Assembly (NCBI RefSeq): GCF_009914755.1
Contig: NC_060925.1
Reading direction: 5' to 3' (one strand)
Length of the DNA: 64,000 nt
Source: the human T2T-CHM13v2.0 reference genome, Homo sapiens
Part shown: in pieces, positions 10,701 through 22,100 of the stretch
Position numbering within the stretch: position 1 is the stretch's first letter
Layout of the letters: the number at the start of each line of letters is the position of its first letter
Program-made: the position numbers and the translations under genes
Notes under the pieces: generated by a model
Told to the model about the DNA's origin: nothing
What the model saw: only the letters and a program-made list of their open reading frames with translations
The model's database searches: none

Positions 10701-13700
10701 CAATGATAGAATAGGAAATATCTTCCTATAGAAACTAGACAGAATGATTCTCAGAAACTCCTTTGTGATGTGTGCGTTCAACTCACAGAGTTTAACCTTT
10801 CTTTTCATAGAGCAGTTAGGAAACACTCTGTTTGTAAAGTCTGCAAGTGGATATTCAGACCTCTATGAGGCCTTCGTTGGAAACGGGATTTCTTCATATT
10901 CTGCTAGACAGAAGAATTCTCAGTAACTTCCTTGTGTTGTGTGTATTCAACTCACAGAGTGGAACGATCCTTTACACAGAGCAGACTTGAAACACTCTTT
11001 TTGTGGAATTTGCAAGTGGAGATTTCAGCCGCTTTGATGTCAATAGTGGAAAAGGAAATATCTTCGTAGAAAAACTAGACAGAATTATTCTCAGAAACTC
11101 CTTTGTGATGTGTGTGTTCAACTCACAGAGTTTAACCTTTCTTTTCATAGAGCAGTTAGTAAACACTCTGTTTATAAAGTCTGCAAGTGGATATTCAGAC
11201 CCCTTTGAGGCCTTCGTTGGAAACGGGATTTCTTCATATTATGCTAGACAGAATAATTCTCAGTAACTTCCTTGCGTTGTGTGTATTCAACTCACAGATT
11301 TGAACGATCTTTTACAGAGAGCAGACTTGAAACACTCTTTTTGTGGAATTTGCAAGTGGAGATTTCAGCCGCTTTGAGGTCAATGGTAGAATAGGAAATA
11401 TCTTCCTATAGAAACTAGACAGAATGATTCTCATAAACTCCTTTGTGATGTGTGCGTTCAACTCACAGAGTTTAACCTTTCTTTTCATAGAGCAGTTAGG
11501 AAACACTCTGTTTGTAAAGTCTGCAAGTGGATATTCAGACCTCTTTGAGGCCTTCGTTGGAAACGGGATTTCTTCATATTCTGCTAGACAGAAGAATTCT
11601 CAGTAACTTCCTTGTGTTGTGTGTATTCAACTGACAGAGTTGAACTTTCATTTAGAGAGAGCAGATTTGAAACCCTGTTTTTGTGGAATTTGCAAGTGGA
11701 GATTTCAAGCGCTTTGGGGCCAAAGGCAGAAAAGGAAATATCTTCGTATAAAAGCTAGACAGAATCATTCTCAGAAACTGCTGCGTGATGTGTGCGTTCA
11801 ACTCTCAGAGTTTAACTTTTCTTTTCATTCAGCGGTTTGGAAACACTCTGTTTGTAAAGTCTGCACGTGGATATTTTGACCACTTAGAGGCCTTCGTTGG
11901 AAAAGGGTTTTTTTCATGTAAGGCTAGACAGAAGAATTCCCAGTAACTTCCTTCTGTTGTGTGCATTCCACTCACAGAGTTGAACGTTCCCTTAGACAGA
12001 GCAGATTTGAAACACTCTATTTGTGCAATTTGCAAGTGTAGATTTCAAGCGCTTTAAGGTCAATGGCAGAAAAGGAAATATCTTCGTTTCAAAACTAGAC
12101 AGAATCATTCCCACAAACTGCGTTGTGATGTGTTCGTTCAACTCACAGAGTTTAACCTTTCTGTTCATAGAGCAGTTAGGAAACACTCTGTTTGTAAAGT
12201 CTGTAAGTGGATATTCTGACATCTTGTGGCCTTCGTTGGAAACGGGATTTCTTCATATTCTGCTAGACAGAAGAATTCTCAGTAACTTCCTTGTGTTGTG
12301 TGTATTCAACTCACAGAGTTGAACGATCCTTTACACAGAGCAGACTTGAAACACTCTTTTTGTGGAATTTGCAAGTGGAGATTTCAGCCGCTTTGAGGTC
12401 AACGGTAGAATAGGAAATATCTTCCTATAGAAACTAGACAGAGTGATTCTCATAAACTCCTTTGTGATGTGTGCGTTCAACTCACAGAGTTTAACCTTTC
12501 TTTTCATAGAGCAGTTAGGAAACACTCTGTTTGTAAAGTCTGCAAGTGGATATTCAGACCTCCTTGAGGCCTTCTTTGGAAACGGGATTTCTTCATATTC
12601 TGATAGACAGAAGAATTCTCAGTAACTTCCTTGTGTTGTGTGTATTCAACTCACAGAGTTGAACGATCCTTTACACAGAGCAGACTTGAAACACACTTTT
12701 TGTGGAATTTGCAAGTGGAGATTTCAGCCGCTTTGAGGTCAATGGTAGAAAAGGAAACTATGTTCGTATAAAGAGTAGACAGAATGATTCTCAGAAAATC
12801 CTTTGTGATGTGTGCGTTCAACTCACAGAGTTTAACTTTTCTTTTCATAGAGCAGTTAGGAAACACTCTGTTTGTAAAGTCTGCAAGTGGATATTCAGAC
12901 CTCTTTGAGGCCTTCGTTGGAAACGGGATTTCTTCATATTCTGCTAGACAGAAGAATTCTCAGTAAATTCCTTGTGTTGTGTGTATTCAACTCACAGCGT
13001 TGAACGATCCTTTACCCAGAGTAGAGTTGAAACACTCTTTTTGTGGAATTTGCAAGTGGAGATTTCAGCCGCTTTGAGGTCAATGGTAGAAAAGGAAATA
13101 TCTTCGTATAAAGACTAGACAGAATGATTCTCAGAAACTCCTTTGTGATGTGTGCGTTCAACTCACAGAGTTTAACTTTTCTTTTCATAGAGCAGTTAGG
13201 AAACACTCTGTTTGTAAAGTCTGCAAGTGGATAATAAGACCTCTTTGAGGCCATCGTTGGAAACGGGATTTCTTCATATTATGCTAGACAGAATAATTCT
13301 CAGTAACTTCCTTGTGTTGTGTGTATTCAACTCACAGAGTTGAAAAATCCTTTACAGAGAGCAGACTTGAAACACTCTTTTTGTGGAATTTGAAAGTGGA
13401 GATTTCAGCCGCTTTGAGCTCAATGGTAGAATAGGGAATATCTTCCTATAGAAACTAGACAGAATGATTCTCATAAACTCCTTTGTGATGTGTGCGTTCA
13501 ACTCCCAGAGTTTAAACTTTCTTTTCATAGAGCAGTTAGGAAACACTCTGTTTGTAAAGTCTGCAAGTGGATATTCAGACCTGCTTGAGGCCTTCTTTGG
13601 AAACGGGATTTCTTCATATTATGCTAGACAGAATAATTCTCAGTAACTTCCTTGTGTTGTGTGTATTCAACTCACAGAGTTGAACGACGCTTTACAGAGA

Positions 13701-16700
13701 GCAGACTTGAAACACTCTTTTTGTGGAATTTGCAAGTGGAGATTTCAGCCGCTTGAGGTCAATGGTAGAAAAGGAAACTATCTTCGTATAAAGACTAGAC
13801 AGAATGATTCTCAGAAAATCCTTTGTGATGTGTGCGTTCAACTCACAGAGTTTAACTTTTCTTTTCATAGAGCAGTTAGGAAACACTCTGTTTGTAAAGT
13901 CTGCAAGTGGATATTCAGACCTCTTTGAGGCCTTCGTTGGAAACGGGATTTCTTCATATTCTGCTAGACAGAAGAATTCTCAGTAACTTCCTTGTGTTGT
14001 GTGTATTCAACTCACAGAGTTGAATGATCCTTTACACAGAGGAGACTTGAAACACTCTTTTTGTGGAATTTGCAAGTGGAGATTTCAGCCGCTTTGAGGT
14101 CAATAGTAGAAAAGGAAATATCTTCGTAGAAAAACTAGACAGAATGATTCTCAGAAACTCCTTTGTGATGTGTGTGTTCAACTCACAGAGTTTAACCTTT
14201 CTTTTCATAGAGCAGTTAGTAAACACTCTGTTTATAAAGTCTGCAAGTGGATATTCAGACCCCTTTGAGGCCTTCGTTGGAAACGGGATTTCTTCATATT
14301 ATGCTAGACAGAAGAATTCTCAGTAACTTCCTTGTGTTGTGTGTATTCAACTGACAGAGTTGAACTTTCATTTAGAGAGAGCAGATTTGAAACACTGTTT
14401 TTGTGGAATTTGCAAGTGGAGATTTCAAGCGCTTTGGGGCCAAAGGCAGAAAAGGAAATACCTTCGTATAAAAACTAGACAGAATCATTCTCAGAAACTG
14501 CTGCGTGATGTGTGCGTTCAACTCTCAGAGTTTAACTTTTCTTTTCATTCAGCGGTTTGGAAACACTCTGTTTGTAAAGTCTGCACGTGGATATTTTGAC
14601 CACTTAGAGGCCTTCGTTGGAAACGGGTTTTTTGCATGTAAGGCTAGACAGAAGAATTCCCAGTAACTTCCTTGTGTTGTGTGCATTCAACTCACAGAGT
14701 TGAACGTTCCCTTAGACAGAGCAGATTTGAAACACTCTATGTGTGCAATTTGCAAGTGTAGATTTCAAGCGCTTTAAGGTCAATGGCAGAAAAGGAAATA
14801 TCTTCGTTTCAAAACTAGACAGAATCATTCCCACAAACTGCGTTGTGATGTGTTCGTTCAACTCACAGAGTTTAACCTTTCCGTTCATAGAGCAGTTAGG
14901 AAACACACTGTTTGTAAAGTCTGTAAGTGGATATTCTGACATCTTGTGGCCTTCGTTGGAAACGGGATTTCTTCATATTCTGCTAGACAGAAGAATTCTC
15001 AGTAACTTCCTTGTGTTGTGTGTATTCAACTCACAGAGTTGAACGATCCTTTACACAGAGCAGACTTGAAACACTCTTTTTGTGGAATTTGCAAGTGGAG
15101 ATTTCAGCCGCTTTGAGGTCAATGGTAGAAAAGGAAATATCTTCGTATAAAGACTAGACAGAATGATTCTCAGAAACTCCTTTGTGATGTGTGCGTTCAA
15201 CTCACAGAGTTTAACCTTTCTTTTCATAGAGCAGTTAGGAAACACTCTGTTTATAAAGTCTGCAAGTGGATATTCAGACCCCTTTGAGGCCTTCGTTGGA
15301 AACGGGATTTCTTCATATTATGCTAGACAGAAGAATTCTCAGTAACTTCCTTGTGTTGTGTGTATTCAACTGACAGAGTTGAACTTTCATTTAGAGAGAG
15401 CAGATTTGAAACACTGTTTTTGTGGAATTTGCAAGTGGAGATTTCAAGCGCTTTGGGGCCAAAGGCAGAAAAGGAAATATCTTCGTATAAATACTAGACT
15501 GAATCATTCTCAGAAACTGCTGCGTGATGTATGCGTTCAACTCTCAGAGTTTAACTTTTCTTTTCATTCAGCGGTTTGGAAACACTCTGTTGTAAAGTCT
15601 GCACGTGGATATTTTGACCACTTAGAGGCCTTCGTTGGAAAGGGGTTTTTTTCATGTAAGGCTAGACAGAAGAATTCCCAGTAACTTCCTTGTGTTGTGT
15701 GCATTCAACTCACAGAGTTGAACGTTCCCTTAGACAGAGCAGAGTTGAAACACTCTATTTGTGCAATTTGCAAGTGTAGATTTCAAGCGCTTTAAGGTCA
15801 ATGGCAGAAAAGGAAATATCTTCGTTTCAAAACTAGACAGAATCATTCCCACAAACTGCGTTGTGATGTGTTCGTTCAACTCACAGAGTTTAACCTTTCT
15901 GTTCATAGAGCAGTTAGGAAACACTCTGTTTGTAAAGTCTGTAAGTGGATATTCTGACATCTTGTGGCCTTCGTTGGAAACGGGATTTCTTCATATTCTG
16001 CTAGACAGAAGAATTCTCAGTAACTTCCTTGTGTTGTGTGTATTCAACTCACAGAGTTGAACGATCCTTTACACAGAGCAGACTTGAAACACACTTTTTG
16101 TGGAATTTGCAAGTGGAGATTTCAGCCGCTTTGAGGTCAATGGTAGAAAAGGAAATATCTTCGTATTAAGACTAGACAGAATGATTCTCAGAAACTCCTT
16201 TGTGATGTGTGCGTTCAACTCACAGAGTTTAACTTTTCTTTTCATAGAGCAGTTAGGAAACACTCTGTTTGTAAAGTCTGCAAGTGGATATTCAGACCTC
16301 TTTGAGGCCTTCGTTGGAAACGGGATTTCTTCATATTCTGCTAGACAAAAGAATTCTCAGTAACTTCCTTGTGTTCTGTGTATTCAACTCACAGAGTTGA
16401 ACCATCCTTTACACAGAGCAGACTTGAAACACTCTTTTTGTGGAATTAGCAAGTGGAGATTTCAGCCGCTTTGAGGTCAATGGTAGAAAAGGAAATATCT
16501 TCGTATAAAGACTAGACAGAATGATTCTCATAAACTCCTTTGTGATGTGTGCGTTCAATTCACAGAGTTTAACCTTTCTTTTCATAGAGCAGTTAGGAAA
16601 CACTCTGTTTGTAAAGTCTGCAAGTGGATATTCAGACATCCTTGAGGCCTTCGTTGGAAACGGGATTTCTTCATATTCTGCTAGACAGAAGAATTCTCAG

Positions 16701-18477
16701 TAACTTCTTTGTGTTGTGTGTATTCAACTCACAGAGTTGAACGATCCTTTACACAGAGCAGACTTGAAACACTCTTTTTGTGGAATTTGCAAGTGGAGAT
16801 TACAGCCGCTTTGAGGTCAATGGTAAAAAAGGAAACTATCTTCGTATAAAGACTAGACAGAATGATTCTCAGAAAATCCTTTGTGATGTGTGCGTTCAAC
16901 TCACAGAGTTTAACCTTTCTTTTCATAGAGCACTTAGGAAACACTCTGTTTGTAAAGTCTGCAAGTGGATATTCAGACCTCTTTGAGGCCTTCGTTGGAA
17001 ACGGGATTTCTTCATATTCTGCTAGACAGAAGAATTCTCAGTAACTTCCTTGTGTTGTGTGTATTCAACTCACAGAGTGGAACGATCCTTTACACAGAGC
17101 AGACTTGAAACACTCTTTTTGTGGAATTTGCAAGTGGAGATTTCAGCCGCTTTGAGGTCAATAGTGGAAAAGGAAATATCTTCGTAGAAAAACTAGACAG
17201 AATGATTCTCAGAAACTCCTTTGTGATGTGTGTGTTCAACTCACAGAGTTTAACCTTTCTTTTCATAGAGCAGTTAGTAAACACTCTGTTTATAAAGTCT
17301 GCAAGTGGATATTCAGACCCCTTTGAGGCCTTCGTTGGAAACGGGATTTCTTCATATTATGCTAGACAGAAGAATTCTCAGTAACTTCCTTGTGTTGTGT
17401 GTATTCAACTGACAGAGTTGAACTTTCATTTAGAGAGAGCAGATTTGAAACACTGTTTTTGTGGAATTTGCAAGTGGAGATTTCAAGCGCTTTGGGGCCA
17501 AAGGCAGAAAAGGAAATACCTTCGTATAAAAACTAGACAGAATCATTCTCATAAACTGCTGCGTGATGTGTGCGTTCAACTCTCAGAGTTTAACTTTTCT
17601 TTTCATTCAGCGGTTTGGAAACACTCTGTTTGTAAAGTCTGCACGTGGATATTTTGACCACTTAGAGGCCTTCGTTGGAAACGGGTTTTTTGCAAGTAAG
17701 GCTAGACAGAAGAATTCCCAGTAACTTCCTTGTGTTGTGTGCATTCAACTCACAGAGTTGAGCGTTCCCTTAGACAGAGCAGATTTAAAACACTCTATTT
17801 GTGCAATTTGCAAGTGTAGATTTCAAGCGCTTTAAGGTCAATGGCAGAAAAGGAAATATCTTCGTTTCAAAACTAGACAGAATCATTCCCACAAACTGCG
17901 TTGTGATGTGTTCGTTCAACTCACAGAGTTTAACCTTTCTGTTCATAGAACAGTTAGGAAACACTCTGTTTGTAAAGTCTGCAAGTGGATATTCAGACCT
18001 CTTTGAGGCCTTCGTTGGAAACGGGATTTCTTCATATTATGCTAGACAGAATAATTCTCAGTAACTTCCTTGTGTTGTGTGTATTCAACTCACAGAGTTG
18101 AACGATCCTTTACAGAGAGCAGACTTGAAACACTCTTTTTGTGGAATTTGCAAGTGGAGATTTCAGCCGCTTTGAGGTCAATGGTAGAATAGGAAATATC
18201 TTCCTACAGAAACTAGACAGAATGATTCTCATAAACTCCTTTGTGATGTGTGCGTTCAACTCACAGAGTTTAACCTTTCTTTTCATAGAGCAGTTAGGAA
18301 ACACTCTGTTTGTAAAGTCTGCAAGTGGATATTCAGACCTCTTTGAGGCCTTCGTTGGAAACGGGATTTCTTCATATTCTGCTAGACAGAAGAATTCTCA
18401 GTAACTTCTTTGTGTTGTGTGTATTCAACTCACAGAGTTGAACGATCCTTTACACAGAGCAGTCTTGAAACACTCTT

Positions 18478-19134
18478 TTTGTGGAATTTGCAAGTGGAGA
18501 TTTCAGCCGCTTTGAGGTCAATGGTAGAAAAGGAAATATCTTCGTATAAAGACTAGACAGAATGTTTCTCAGAAACTCCTTTCTGATGTGTGCGTTCAAC
18601 TCGCAGAATTTAAGTTTTCTTTTCATAGAGCAGTTAGGAAACACTCTGTTTGTAAAGTCTGCAAGTGGATATTCAAACCTCTTTGAGGCCTTCGTTGGAA
18701 ACGGGATTTCTTCATATTATGCTAGACAGAATAATTCTCAGTAACTTCCTTGTGTTGTGTGTATTCAACTCACAGAGTTGAACGATCCTTTACACAGAGC
18801 AGACTTGAAACACTCTATTTGTGGAATTTGCAAGTGGAGATTTCAGCCGCTTTGAGGTCAATGGTAGAAAAGGAAATATCTTCGTATAAAGACTAGACAG
18901 AATGTTTCTCAGAAACTCCTTTCTGATGTGTGCGTTCAACTCGCAGAATTTAAGTTTTCTTTTCATAGAGCAGTTAGGAAACACTCTGTTTGTAAAGTCT
19001 GCAAGTGGATATTCAAACCTCTTTGAGGCCTTCGTTGGAAACGGGATTTCTTCATATTATGCTAGACAGAATAATTCTCAGTAACTTCCTTGTGTTGTGT
19101 GTATTCAACTCACAGAGTTGAACGATCCTTTACA
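18478..19134 (+). repeat. 340-bp tandem duplication of a variant dimer
   Basis: Six rare substitutions at 18565, 18583, 18603, 18608, 18614 and 18676 all recur at +340. Confidence 0.88.
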
Positions 19135-22100
19135 GAGAGCAGACTTGAAACACTCTTTTTGTGGAATTTGCAAGTGGAGATTTCAGCCGCTTTGAGGTCA
19201 ATGGTAGAACAGGAAATATCTTCCTATAGAAACTAGACAGAATGATTCTCATAAACCCCTTTGTGATGTGTGCGTTCAACTCACAGAGTTTAACCTTTCT
19301 TTTCATAGAGCAGTTAGGAAACACTCTGTTTGTAAAGTCTGCAAGTGGATATTCAGACCTCTTTGAGGCCTTCGTTGGAAACGGGATTTCTTCATATTCT
19401 GCTAGACAGAAGAATTCTCAGTAACTTCCTTGTGTTGTGTGTATTCAACTCACAGAGTTGAACGATCCTTTACACAGAGCAGACTTGAAACACTCTTTTT
19501 GTGGAATTTGCAAGTGGAGATTTCAGCCGCTTTGAGGTCAATAGTAGAAAAGGAAATATCTTCACAGAAAAACTAGACAGAATGATTCTCAGAAACTCCT
19601 TTGTGATGTGTGTGTTCAACTCACAGAGTTTAACCTTTCTTTTCATAGAGCAGTTAGTAAACAGTCTGTTTATAAAGTCTGCAAGTGGATATTCAGACCC
19701 CTTTGAGGCCTTCGTTGGAAACGGGATTTCTTCATATTATGCTAGACAGAAGAATTCTCAGTAACTTCCTTGTGTTGTGTGTATTCAACTGACAGAATTG
19801 AACTTTCATTTAGAGAGAGCAGATTTGAAACACTGTTTTTGTGGAATTTGCAAGTGGAGATTTCAAGCGCTTTGGGGCCAAAGGCAGAAAAGGAAATATC
19901 TTCGTATAAAAAGTAGACAGAATGATTCTCAGAAACTGCTGCGTGATGTGTGCGTTCAACTCTCAGAGTTTAACTTTTCTTTTCATTCAGCGGTTTGGAA
20001 ACACTCTGTTTGTAAAGTCTGCACGTGGTATATTTTGACCACTTAGAGGCCTTCGTTGGAAACGGGTTTTTTTCATGTAAGGCTAGACAGAAGAATTCCC
20101 AGTAACTTCCTTGTGTTGTTTGCATTCAACTCACAGAGTTGAACGTTCCCTTAGACAGAGCAGATTTGAAACACTCTATTTGTGCAATTTGCAAGTGTAG
20201 ATTTCAAGCGCTTTAAGGTCAATGGCAGAAAAGGAAATATCTTCGTTTCAAAACTAGACAGAATCATTCCCACAAACTGCGTTGTGATGTGTTCGTTCAA
20301 CTCACAGAGTTTAACCTTTCTGTTCATAGAGCAGTTAGGAAACACTCTGTTTGTAAAGTCTGTAAGTGGATATTCTGACATCTTGTGGCCTTCGTTGGAA
20401 ACGGGATTTCTTCATATTCTGCTAGACAGAAGAATTCTCAGTAACTTCCTTGTGTTGTGTGTATTCAACTCACAGAGTTGAACGATCCTTTACACAGAGC
20501 AGACTTGAAACACTCTTTTTGTGGAATTTGCAAGTGGAGATTTCAGCCGCTTTGAGGTCAATGGTAGAAAAGGAAATATCTTCGTATAAAGACTAGACAG
20601 AATGATTCTCAGAAACTCCTTTGTGATGTGTGCGTTCAACTCACAGAGTTTAACCTTTCTGTTCATAGAGCAGTTAGGAAACACTCTGTTTGTAAAGTCT
20701 GTAAGTGGATATTCTGACATCTTGTGGCCTTCGTTGGAAACGGGATTTCTGCATATTCTGCTAGACAGAAGAATTCTCAGTAACTTCCTTCTGTTGTGTG
20801 TATTCAACTCACAGAGTTGAACGATCCTTTACACAGAGCAGACTTGAAACACTCTTTTTGTGGAATTTGCAAGTGGAGATTTCAGCCGCTTTGAGGTCAA
20901 TGGTAGAAAAGGAAATATCTTCGTATAGAAACAAGACAGAATGATTCTCAGAAACTCCTTTGTGATCTGTGCGTTCAACTCACAGAGTTTAACCTTTCTT
21001 TTCATAGAGCAGTTAGGAAACACTCTGTTTGTAAAGTCTGCAAGTGGATATTCAGACCTCCTTGAGGCCTTCGTTGGAAATGGGATTTCTTCATATTCTG
21101 CTAGACAGAAGAATTCTCACTAACTTCCTTGTGTTGTGTGTATTCAACTGTCAGAGTTGAACGATCCTTTACAGAGAGCAGACTTGAAACACTCTTTTTG
21201 TGGAATTTGCAAGTGGAGATTTCAGCCGCTTTGAGGTCAATGGTAGAATAGGAAATATCTTCCTATAGAAACTAGACAGAATGATTCTCAGAAACTCCTT
21301 TGTGATGTGTGCGTTCAGCTCACAGAGTTTAACCTTTCTTTTCATAGAGCAGTTCGGAAACACTCTCTTTGTAAAGTCTGCAAGTGGATATTCAGACCTC
21401 TTTGAGGCCTTCGTTGGAAACGGGATTTCTTCATATTCTGCTAGACAGAAGAATTCTCAGTAACTTCCTTGTGTTGTGTGTATTCAACTCACAGAGTTGA
21501 ACGATCCTTTACACAGAGCAGACTTGAAACACTCTTTTTGTGGAATTTGCAAGTGGAGATTTCAGCCGCTGTGAGGTCAATAGTAGAAAAGGAAATATCT
21601 TCGTAGAAAAACTAGACAGAATGATTCTCAGAAACTCCTTTGTGATGTGTGTGTTCAACTCACAAAGTTTAAGCTTTCTTTTCATAGAGCAGTTAGTAAA
21701 CACTCTGTTTATAAAGTCTGCAAGTGGATATTCAGACCCCTTTGAGGCCTTCGTTGGAAACCGGATTTCTTCATATTATGCTAGACAGAAGAATTCTCAG
21801 TAACCTCCTTGTGTTGTGTGTATTCAACTGACAGAGTTGAACTTTCATTTAGAGAGAGCAGATTTGAAACACTGTTTTTGTGGAATTTGCAAGTGGAGAT
21901 TTCAAGCGCTTTGGGGCCAAAGGCAGAAAAGGAAATATCTTCGTATAAAAACTAGACAGAATCATTCTCAGAAACTGCTGCGTGATGTGTGCGTTCAACT
22001 CTCAGACTTTAACTTTTCTTTTCATTCAGCGGTTTGGAAACACTCTGTTTGTAAATTCTGCACGTGGATATTTTGACCACTTAGAGGCCTTCGTTGGAAA

